Shown: positions 55,490-64,000 of the stretch, in pieces | How positions within the stretch are numbered: the stretch's first letter is position 1 | Layout of the letters: each line of letters starts with the position of its first letter | Source: Thecamonas trahens ATCC 50062 | Taxonomy: Eukaryota; Protista; Apusomonadida | Direction of reading: 5' to 3' | DNA length: 64,000 nt | Assembly (NCBI RefSeq): GCF_000142905.1 | Contig: NW_013657634.1 | Location: forward strand, 124,001 to 188,000 | Position numbers and translations under genes: made by a program | Notes under the pieces: model-generated | Database searches by the model: none | What the model saw: the letters and a program-made list of their open reading frames with translations, nothing else | What the model was told of the DNA's origin: nothing

Positions 55490-55974
55490 CCAACTGCCTA
55501 GCTCGCCAGCTGCTGCTGCCCGCCCGCCTTCTTCATGATTTTCGTCTCTTTTCTTCACGATCAATTCACTGTGCCTCTCCCTTCGCTGGCCGCGCCTCAA
55601 CCACCGGCTGTCCACCGGCCGCGGCCGTCCTCCCCTCCCCTCCTCGCCCGCCACTACCTACATCCATCACCCATCCGGCCGTCCACCCCCAAACCCATGT
55701 GCGATCCCCATGTGCGATGCCACCCCCTCCCTTCCCTCCACCCCCTCCGCCTTGGATTAAGTGTGGCCATCATGAACGCGAGACCATGCTGCCATCTTCA
55801 ATGGCCTTCCTTCGTGAAACTGTGCCATGCGACGGGCATAAAACGCAGCCAACTCCCTCGACTCTGCCCCACTCGGTTCAAGAGCATCAACTCTTTTTCA
55901 TTGCCTTGCCTTTGCTTGCGAATTCTTCCACAGACGGCAAACCACGCACCACTTGTTTCACAAACAAACCAACC

Positions 55975-58622
55975 ATGGCCGACGACGATGTGCAGGTTTT
56001 CAAGTTCCAGGTACGTCCTCTCCTCCTCCCTCCTCCCCAACTACCTGCAATGGTCTCCCATGGCCCCTTGGGCCCAGGCCTCCCGCTCTGACGGGTAAGC
56101 CTGCCCTCTTCCCCCCCTCCCCCTTGCCCCACCCCCCGGTGCCTCCCTCGCGACGTCACGATTCGCATCCAATGTCCGGTCGCCTGCCACCACCGGCGGT
56201 GCGGCCTGGTACAGCCATTCTCTCTTGGTCCTCCCAAGAGACCCTCCCCCCAATGACTGGCCATGCCCATGGCTACATGGTCTGGGTCTTTCCCCCGCTC
56301 TCCTTCCACCGCATGAGCCTCCCCCCCTGCGTCGATGACGCGGTCGGCTCGACTGTGACGACCTTCACGAGCGCACCTTCATGAATGTCTCGAAGCTTCA
56401 TGACGGGTTTTTCTGTTTTGACGGCTCACAATTTTTTCTTGCATGTGAGACCACCCCCCCCCCCCCCCCTTCCCCCACCATGACTCATGCCCAACACCAC
56501 CACCGCCTCCTCCGAACAACAGGCTGAGATCAACCAGCTGATGTCGCTGATCATCAACACGTTCTACTCGAACAAGGAGATCTTCCTCCGCGAGCTCATC
56601 TCGAACTCGTCGGATGCTCTCGACAAGATCCGGTACCAGTCGCTGACGGACCGCGAGGCACTGGCGACCGAGGCCGAGCTTAAGATCGAGCTCATCCCGG
56701 ACAAGGCCAACAACACGCTGACGATCCAGGACTCTGGCATCGGCATGACCAAGGCTGACCTTGTGCAGAACCTGGGCACGATCGCGCGGTCGGGCACCAA
56801 GAACTTCATGGAGGCGCTGCAGGCCGGCGCTGACGTGTCGATGATCGGCCAGTTCGGTGTCGGTTTCTACTCGGCGTACCTCGTTGCCGACCGCGTGACG
56901 GTTGTGACGAAGAACAACGACGATGACCAGTACATCTGGGAGTCTGCTGCCGGCGGCTCGTTCACCATCAAGCGTGATACCGAGGGCCCGTTCATCGGCC
57001 GCGGCACCAAGATCATCCTGCACCTCAAGGACGACCAGCAGGACTTCCTCGAGGAGCGCAAGATCAAGGACCTCGTCAAGAAGCACTCTGAGTTCATCGG
57101 CTACCCGATCAAGCTCTGGGTCGAGAAGGAGAAGGAGGAGGAGGTGACCGACGACGAGGCGTCCGACGACGAGGCCGAGGAGAAGAAGGAGGGTGACGAG
57201 CCCAAGATCCAGGACCTCGACGACGACGACGACGACGAGGCCGGCAAGAAGAAGAAGACCAAGACGGTGAAGACTGTGGAGACCGAGTTTGAGCTCCTCA
57301 ACCAGAACAAGCCGATCTGGACCAAGAAGCCGGACGAGATCACCAAGGACGAGTACGCCTCGTTCTACAAGTCGCTCACCAACGACTGGGAGGAGCACCT
57401 GTCGGTCAAGCACTTTTCGGTGGAGGGCCAGCTCGAGTTCACGGCCATGCTCTTTGTGCCGAAGCGCGCGCCGTTCGACCTCTTCGAGCCGAGCAAGAAG
57501 CAGAACAACATCAAGCTCTACGTCCGCCGCGTCTTTATCATGGACAACTGCGAGGAGCTCATCCCCGAGTGGCTCAACTTTGTCAAGGGCGTCGTCGACT
57601 CTGAGGACCTCCCGCTCAACATCTCGCGCGAGACGCTGCAGCAGAACAAGATCCTCAAGGTCATCCGCAAGAACATCGTCAAGAAGTGCATTGAGATGTT
57701 CGGCGAGCTCGCTGAGTCGGAGGACCCCGAGGACTTTAAGAAGTTCTACGAGGCCTTCTCCAAGCACATCAAGCTTGGCATCCACTCGGACTCGGCGAAC
57801 CGCGCCAAGCTCGCCAACCTGCTCCGCTACTACTCGACCAAGTCGGGTGAGGAGTGGACCTCGCTCAAGGACTACGTCACCCGCATGAAGGAGGGCCAGA
57901 ACTCGATCTACTACATCACCGGCGAGTCGCGCGCCGCAGTCGAGAACTCGCCGTTCATCGAGCGCCTCCGCAAGAAGGACCTCGAGGTTCTCTTCCTTGT
58001 CGACCCGATCGACGAGTACGCTGTCCAGCAGCTCAAGGAGTACGACGGCAAGAAGCTCGTGTGCGTCACCAAGGAGGGTCTTGAGATCGACGAGACCGAG
58101 GACGAGAAGAAGTCGTGGGAGGAGGCCAAGGCCAAGGCCGAGGGCCTCTGCACCTTCATCAAGGAGGTGCTCGGCGACAAGGTCGAGAAGGTCGTCTGCT
58201 CCAAGCGTGTCGTTGAGTCGCCGCTTGTCCTCGTCACCGGCCAGCACGGCTGGTCGTCGAACATGTCGCGCCTCATGAAGGCCCAGGCCCTCCGCGACAC
58301 CTCGATGTCGTCGTACATGGAGCCGAAGAAGATCTGCGAGATCAACCCGACCAACTCGATCATCGTCGCCCTCCGCGACCGCGTCGACGCCGACCGCAAC
58401 GACCGCACCGCCAAGGACCTCATCGACCTGCTCTTCCAGACCGCGCTCCTCACCTCGGGCTTCACCCTCGACGACTCGGCTGGCTTTGCCAAGAAGATCG
58501 CCGGCATGGTCAAGCTCGGCCTCTCCATCGACGACGACGACGACGATGTTGTCGACGACGACGTCCCCGACCTTGAGGAGGACGACCTCGACGACGCCGG
58601 TTCGTTCGAGGCTGTTGACTAG
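55975..58622 (+). CDS. HSP90: Cytosolic HSP90; exons 55975-56010 and 56523-58622
   Basis: [12 protein letters not shown]|[56 protein letters not shown] and [15 protein letters not shown]; intron GTACGT...AACAG. Confidence 0.98.
56364..56404. promoter_or_regulatory. Candidate heat-shock element cluster in HSP90 intron 1
   Basis: TTCacGAg, TTCatGAA and gTCtcGAAgcTTCatGAc (alternating nGAAn units). Confidence 0.5.
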
Positions 58623-58694
58623 ATAGTTTTGTCTGTGAAACACAACCTGCCTACATACATCACCTCCTCCTAGCTTTCATTCACCCTCTTATCT

Positions 58695-59828
58695 TCATAC
58701 AGGGAAGGCTACCGTCATAGCCTCGTCATACGCCGCGCCGCCGCCGGGGAGGAGCTTGCCGCCGTCGAGGGCGTCGAGGACGATCCTGGCACGCGCCTTG
58801 AGAAACGCGTCGTCGCCCCACCAGCCCCATCCACAGAGAAAGCGGGCGAGGTCGGCGGCGGCGAGAGAGAGCTGGACATCAAAGGCATCGTAGGTAAAGG
58901 TGGCGGCGGCGGAAGGGGCCAGGCGGGCAACGAGGGCGGCGTGGTAGCCTCTCAGGAGCGAGTCCTCGGCTGCCGGCTCCAGATCGAGTCCGCCGGCCAT
59001 AAAGAGCTTGGCCACGTCACGCGAGGGCACGCCGCGGCCGACGTACTGCATGTCGACAAAGGCGACGGGCCCGGCATGGGCGGCAGCCATCAGGTTGGCC
59101 GGCTTGACGTCGCCGTGGATGATGCACTGGCCTGGATCTGCCTTGAGCCGGGCGTCGATGGCGGCGGCGGCGGCCTTGAGGCGGCCAGGCAGGCCGCGGG
59201 AGCCCATGGCGCGCCACTCGTCGGGCCGGGTGTCGAGGTACCAGTACGAGCCCTGCTCGGCGAGGCCGATGACGGCGACGGCGTCTTCGGCGGCATCGCC
59301 CCAGTGGGCGGCGTGGAAGACGGCGAGGGCGTCGAGGATGCGGGCGGCCATGACGACGTCGATGTCCGACGGAACCGGCGGGAGCGGGAGGTAGGCCATG
59401 GCAATGACTAGGGTATCGAGCTTGCTCCGTCCGCGGGTGGGCAGCTCGCCGGCGTGGCTCACCAGCTCTGCATCCGCGGCATCGGCACCGGCGGCGATGG
59501 TCCACACGCCCACGACGTCGGCGCAGGCGAGGCAGTCCGGGGCTGCGGCAGCGAGGGCGGCAGCAAGGCCCGATGCGTAGAAGGCGGCCTCAACAAGGTA
59601 CGATGCCCGCTTGCGGGCGTCGCCGAGGTTGGCGGTAGCGACATCGGGCATGGCGATGGTCTTGAGGAGGACGGGCTTGGTGGACGGGGCCGACAGCTGC
59701 AGGCACTCGCCCATGCCGCCCCACAGCGAGGCCACGTGGGCGGTGCGGACGTCGGGAGAGGGCTTGCCGCGGACGTATGCGTCGACCCATTGTGGTGGTG
59801 GCGGGAGGGCGGTGGGGGAGGCGGCCAT
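58695..59828 (-). CDS. Choline/aminoglycoside/ecdysteroid kinase-like phosphotransferase
   Basis: SLWGGMG, SYLVEAAFY, LAVFHAAHW, GSYWYLDTRPDE, IIHGDVKPAN and VDMQYVG. Confidence 0.85.
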   Translation of the reverse strand: MAASPTALPPPPQWVDAYVRGKPSPDVRTAHVASLWGGMGECLQLSAPSTKPVLLKTIAMPDVATANLGDARKRASYLVEAAFYASGLAAALAAAAPDCLACADVVGVWTIAAGADAADAELVSHAGELPTRGRSKLDTLVIAMAYLPLPPVPSDIDVVMAARILDALAVFHAAHWGDAAEDAVAVIGLAEQGSYWYLDTRPDEWRAMGSRGLPGRLKAAAAAIDARLKADPGQCIIHGDVKPANLMAAAHAGPVAFVDMQYVGRGVPSRDVAKLFMAGGLDLEPAAEDSLLRGYHAALVARLAPSAAATFTYDAFDVQLSLAAADLARFLCGWGWWGDDAFLKARARIVLDALDGGKLLPGGGAAYDEAMTVAFPV

Positions 59829-60028
59829 GGTGGTGATGGTGGAAGAGGGTGTTTGTGGGGGGGGGGAGGGGGAGGGGGAGGGGGAGGGGGAGGGGGAGAG
59901 AGAGACAGCTGCCGGGAGGCAGATAGCCAGGCAGCCGGACACCAGGCAGATTGGCATGCAGCAGCTAGTGTGATGTGTTATGCTCGATGCGGGATGTCCG
60001 ATGAATGCTGTACGGCACTGTGCGGGCG

Positions 60029-61174
60029 TCACGGTTGAGGCTGAAGGAGCGAGAGCTCGATGGCAAAGCCGATGGCCAGCCGGGCAAAGTCGCGCATGTG
60101 GGCCTCGGAGCAATGATCGAGGGTGTCGGTCGAGCCGTGGATAAAGGGGTTGGACTTGGTGAACTCGGCCTCAAAAGGAAAGACGGCGTCGACGCCGACC
60201 GAGGTCCACGACGCGTGGTCCGAGCAGCGGTAGCCGCACTTGGTGTCGGTCCACGTCGCCTCGAGGGTATACGCGTCGACCAGAAGCCGGAGGAAGGCGT
60301 TGAGCGGGGCCGAGGTGTAGTCGGTGACGATGCCGACGGTGGGCACGGCCGACGAGCCGTCGTAGCACGTCATATCAAACTGCGCCATGCCGACAATGGT
60401 CTTACCTTCGGAAGCGTACTTGTTGGCGATGGCGGCCGAGCCGCGGAGGCCGACCTCCTCGGCGGCGTAGAACTGGAGCTGGATGGTGTTGTATGGCTCA
60501 ACGCCCGCAGCAGCGAGAATGCGGAGGGTCTCGAGCAGGGTGACGGTGCCTGAGCCGTCGTCGTCAACGCCCGGGGCGCGGCCGGTGGACGACGAGCCGA
60601 CCGAGTCAATGTGTGCGCCGAGGATGACGATGTCGCTTGTCTGGCCGGCGATGGTGACGATGACCGAGGGCTGGAGGAAGGAGTTGGCAAAGTACTCGAC
60701 CGTGATGCCGGGGTGTGCGCCGGCGTAGACGGAGGCCAGATCGTGGACCCACTCGGCGGCGCGGCGGCCGGTGTCCGAGGTGTAGTAGCGGGTGTAGAAG
60801 GAGGAGAAGGTCTCCACGTTGGCCACCATGGCCGAGACCTCCACCTTGTTGGCCAGCACTCCCACCACAGCCTTGTGCATGGGCTGGGCCGGGAAGACGT
60901 ACTTGCCCGCCACCGCCACGGGGTACCCCTTGCCCAGCCCCTCGCTCTCCGTCACGTCCACAAACCGGCTTGCCGCACCGCCGTCCGCCACAAGCTCATC
61001 GATCTCACTGAGGCTCAGCCATGCCGCACGCGTCGCATTCCACCGCACCATTCGCAGCCCCTCGGCCACCGCCTGGGCCGCCTCGTCGCCATGGCTGCCC
61101 ACGGGCATGCCCACCGCCACCGCTGCTGCTGCTGCCGCCACCAGGACCACGATGAGGCGTGTTGTCGTCTGCAT
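60029..61174 (-). CDS. Secreted M28 leucine aminopeptidase (LAP1-like)
   Basis: Signal peptide; TRYYTS, ILGAHIDS, APGVDDDGSG, YAAEEVGLRGS, FDMT, CGYRCSDHASW and NPFIH. Confidence 0.93.
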   Translation of the reverse strand: MQTTTRLIVVLVAAAAAAVAVGMPVGSHGDEAAQAVAEGLRMVRWNATRAAWLSLSEIDELVADGGAASRFVDVTESEGLGKGYPVAVAGKYVFPAQPMHKAVVGVLANKVEVSAMVANVETFSSFYTRYYTSDTGRRAAEWVHDLASVYAGAHPGITVEYFANSFLQPSVIVTIAGQTSDIVILGAHIDSVGSSSTGRAPGVDDDGSGTVTLLETLRILAAAGVEPYNTIQLQFYAAEEVGLRGSAAIANKYASEGKTIVGMAQFDMTCYDGSSAVPTVGIVTDYTSAPLNAFLRLLVDAYTLEATWTDTKCGYRCSDHASWTSVGVDAVFPFEAEFTKSNPFIHGSTDTLDHCSEAHMRDFARLAIGFAIELSLLQPQP

Positions 61175-61417
61175 GTGTGTGCTTGCGGGGAGGGGAAGTG
61201 CGTGAAGTATGGGGAGGGGAGGGGGAGGGAGGGGGCTGGCCTGCGCGTGACTTTGGCGGGCGGTGGGAGGGGGGGGGGGGGGGGGGGGGAGGGCACGGCC
61301 CGACCACCGGCAGGCGACTGATGCCACTATGGACATGAAGCCGGATCGGCGGATGGCAGCCGGATGAGAGACAGAAGACAAGCGAGAGCCACATGGTTGC
61401 CATCAACTATTTATGCG

Positions 61418-64000
61418 CTACATGTACATGTACTCGGGGACACTCGATTCGCCCACGGCAGACACGCGCTCGCCGGCGTCGTCGAGATGAGCCATGCTGA
61501 TGGCGCCCGCCCCACTTCCGGCTGCCGTGCACGCTGCGCGCCACGCTGCGTTGCGGATGTCGCCTCCGGCAAGCTCATACTTGGCGCCAAGCGCGGCAAA
61601 GTCGACATCGGCCGCCAGCGGCGCCGTCTCTGGCAGCGAGCTCCGCCACAACTGCGCACGCAGGCTCGCCGACGGCAGCTCAAACTTGACCACATACCGG
61701 ATCCGCCGCAGGAACGCAGGATCGAGTGCCTCGATGTTGTTCGAGGTGAGGATGGCCATCCCGTCAAACTTCTCAAGGTGGTAAAGCAGCAGGCCCGTGT
61801 CAACGTTGGCGTACCGGTCTGTCGCGCTCGCCCCGGCCGTTCGCGCCGCAAACAGACCCTCGGCCTCGTCAAAGACCAGGATCGTCGACGCACTAGCTGC
61901 GTCGGAAAACACCTTTTCGATGTTCTTTGCCGTCTCGCCAACGTACTTGGACACCAGCTCAGCACAGTTGACCACCCGCAGCGCCCGCCCGGTCTCGTAC
62001 CCGATTGCCGCGGCAGCCATCGTCTTGCCCGTTCCCGGCGGGCCGTGGAACAGCGCAACCGTCGCCGTCGCCGCCTCAAAGCCCCACTGCGTCGTCAGAA
62101 TGCGCCCCGCCTTTTGCGCCGCAACAATCTCGCCCATCACCGCACTCGTCGCCTCCGGAAGTACCAGCGAGTCGAGCCCTGCTTTGGGCAGCACCCGCCG
62201 CTCAAACGCGTTCTGCCGTAGCATCGACTCGAGCTGTGCCTGCGCCCCAGCCTCAAAGTCCGCCGCCGTCAGCACAAGCTCGCCGTTTCCGTCGCTGCCA
62301 CCCTCGGCCCGTGCCCGCGCCAGCGCATTCGATAGCGCACCCACAATCGCGTTCTTGATGAACCCACCTGGGAGCTCAAACTTGAGCGCCAGCGCGTCGA
62401 CGTCAACATCGTTGGCGAGAGTCATGCCTTCCGGCACGTGCCGCCGCCAGATCGCCGCACGCAGGACGTGGTCCGGGAGCGAGAACGAGATTGAGAGCTG
62501 GACTCGCCGAAACGTGGCCTCGTCGAGCTCGTTCACCATGTTGGTCGCCAGAATCGACACGCCCTCGAACGACTCCATGAGTGTGAGGAGCGCGGGCAAG
62601 TTGGCGTTCTTGCCGCGCGCCCGCGTCATAAACAGCGACTCACACTCGTCAAACAGCACGATGGCGTCATGCATCTTGGCTTCCGCAAAGACCTGCTTCA
62701 CCGCATCTGACGCCGAGCCCACGCTCGCCGTCGTCTCCGCCAGCGACGCAAAATTGACGAGCAGCACCTTGCGCTTCAGGTGCGCCGCCACACAGTTGGC
62801 CGTCAGCGTCTTGCCCGTCCCGCTCTGTCCATGGAACAGGAGCACCATGCCGCTCCCATACGTCACAAGCTCCTCCAGCCCCAACGAGGCCTTGAGCGCA
62901 CAGAGTTGCTCGTACGAACCGAGCGTGTCCATCAGCGCCTTGCGCGTCTTGACCGGAAGGACCACGTCGTCAAACGTGACCTTGGGCGTGTACAGGTGCG
63001 TGCCCTCCACAACCTCTGACAACGGCGTCGCCAGCCCGATGATGTGGTCCAACACGCGCCGGTCGATCGAGACCTCGCAGTCCACAAGGTCAGACGCGCC
63101 GCGTGTAGACACCACGTTGATGTAGCCGTCCGCGCGCAGCGGCGCGTTCTTGAGAAACGCAGACCGCTGGCCGACCTGCTCCTCCAGCGTCGAGCAATAG
63201 AGCGAGAGCAGCGTCGAGACCTGGAACGCTCCTCCCATCAGCATCATCCGCGACGACCGGATGCTTGCGCTCCGCTCTCGGATCGGCTCGTATGTGTGGA
63301 ACGCCGCGCACGCCACAAGCACAAACTTCTCAAAGGCAGAGAGCCCCGACGACCGCGCAAGCACCTCCAGCCGTGGCACAAAGCCCGCCGCCTCAGCCGC
63401 AGCCGCCCGAACCTGAATCTTCTGCTCCGCAACCTGTAACTTGGTCTCCAGCTCACGCGTCCTCGCCGCCAGCGAGCTCGTCGCCCCGCGCTGGAACATC
63501 CGCATCTCGTTGACGTCGTCCGCAGACCGCACCTGCCGCGCGTTGTCACACGCCTGCATCCGCAGGTACACCACTTCGAACTCGTCCACAAGATACTCGA
63601 GATCCGTCGTGTACGCCGCAAGACCGCCGTCGTCACCCTCGCCTCCCGCGCCCCTCGCGCCAGGGCTCGACATCGTAACTCCAGCATCCGCCAGCGCCTG
63701 CGCCACCAGCGCGTCCGGATCAAACCCGTCGTCACTGAGTCCGTCAAGCTCGGCAAGCAGCGCGGTCTCGTCGTCATCGGCGCCGCTGGACACACCACCC
63801 ATCGCCCGTCCCGGATTACGTGTCAGCGCATCGTGCCCGGTCAGCTCGCCGAGTTTGGTCGATGCCAGCTTGAGCGAGGCGTCGGTCCCGAGCGTCACTC
63901 CATGGAGCGCGAGCAGGAACTCTGACGAGACCCAGAGCGTCGACGATGGCAGCCGCGACGCATCGACCTGGATGAGCCCATCCTTCATGTGCGCCCGCCC
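61418..64000 (-). CDS. Double AAA+ ATPase of the bacterial winged-helix/AAA (Afp15/Pvc15-like) type; 5'-truncated
   Basis: Two Walker A motifs (GQSGTGKT, GPPGTGKT), FDE Walker B, VSKYVGETAKNI, DRYANVDTGLLLYHLE and LDPAFLRRI; upstream GLSAFEKFVL...APLRADGYI. Confidence 0.85.
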   Translation of the reverse strand, partial: GRAHMKDGLIQVDASRLPSSTLWVSSEFLLALHGVTLGTDASLKLASTKLGELTGHDALTRNPGRAMGGVSSGADDDETALLAELDGLSDDGFDPDALVAQALADAGVTMSSPGARGAGGEGDDGGLAAYTTDLEYLVDEFEVVYLRMQACDNARQVRSADDVNEMRMFQRGATSSLAARTRELETKLQVAEQKIQVRAAAAEAAGFVPRLEVLARSSGLSAFEKFVLVACAAFHTYEPIRERSASIRSSRMMLMGGAFQVSTLLSLYCSTLEEQVGQRSAFLKNAPLRADGYINVVSTRGASDLVDCEVSIDRRVLDHIIGLATPLSEVVEGTHLYTPKVTFDDVVLPVKTRKALMDTLGSYEQLCALKASLGLEELVTYGSGMVLLFHGQSGTGKTLTANCVAAHLKRKVLLVNFASLAETTASVGSASDAVKQVFAEAKMHDAIVLFDECESLFMTRARGKNANLPALLTLMESFEGVSILATNMVNELDEATFRRVQLSISFSLPDHVLRAAIWRRHVPEGMTLANDVDVDALALKFELPGGFIKNAIVGALSNALARARAEGGSDGNGELVLTAADFEAGAQAQLESMLRQNAFERRVLPKAGLDSLVLPEATSAVMGEIVAAQKAGRILTTQWGFEAATATVALFHGPPGTGKTMAAAAIGYETGRALRVVNCAELVSKYVGETAKNIEKVFSDAASASTILVFDEAEGLFAARTAGASATDRYANVDTGLLLYHLEKFDGMAILTSNNIEALDPAFLRRIRYVVKFELPSASLRAQLWRSSLPETAPLAADVDFAALGAKYELAGGDIRNAAWRAACTAAGSGAGAISMAHLDDAGERVSAVGESSVPEYMYM

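Noticed and set aside
56379-58643. 754-aa ORF antisense to HSP90
   Set aside because: A shadow ORF produced by strong GC3 codon bias of the sense gene; it has no recognisable motifs

Overview
This is GC-rich, very compact eukaryotic DNA with about 31 protein-coding genes, few introns (all near the 5' end, mostly GTACG[C/T]...YAG), short intergenic spaces and three assembly gaps. The style suggests a free-living bacterivorous flagellate, possibly apusomonad-like; this is an inference, not a determination. Recognisable genes: an E(z)-like SET domain (3' end), coatomer epsilon, a ZIP7-like transporter, SWI3/SMARCC, Rab8, a synapsin-like ATP-grasp protein, LMBRD1, an F-box/LRR protein, a GAF-GAF-PAS class III adenylyl cyclase, GatB, SAP30, a CXorf58-like protein, ABCF, Sua5, METTL26, cytosolic HSP90, a choline/APH-kinase-like protein, an M28 aminopeptidase and a bacterial-type double AAA ATPase. 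The most striking feature is an intron-containing type I membrane protein at 41745-45360. Outside the cell it carries bacterial cell-wall modules (M15 Zn-peptidase, two PG_binding_1 domains, SH3b) on a long PTPA stalk plus an EGF domain. Inside it carries two eukaryotic SH3 domains and PPKP motifs. It is a candidate peptidoglycan-sensing and cleaving prey receptor. Several genes are split by apparent single-base frameshifts, most likely assembly errors. No rRNA, tRNA, CRISPR array or transposon was recognised. Domain calls come from motif recognition by eye, not from database searches.
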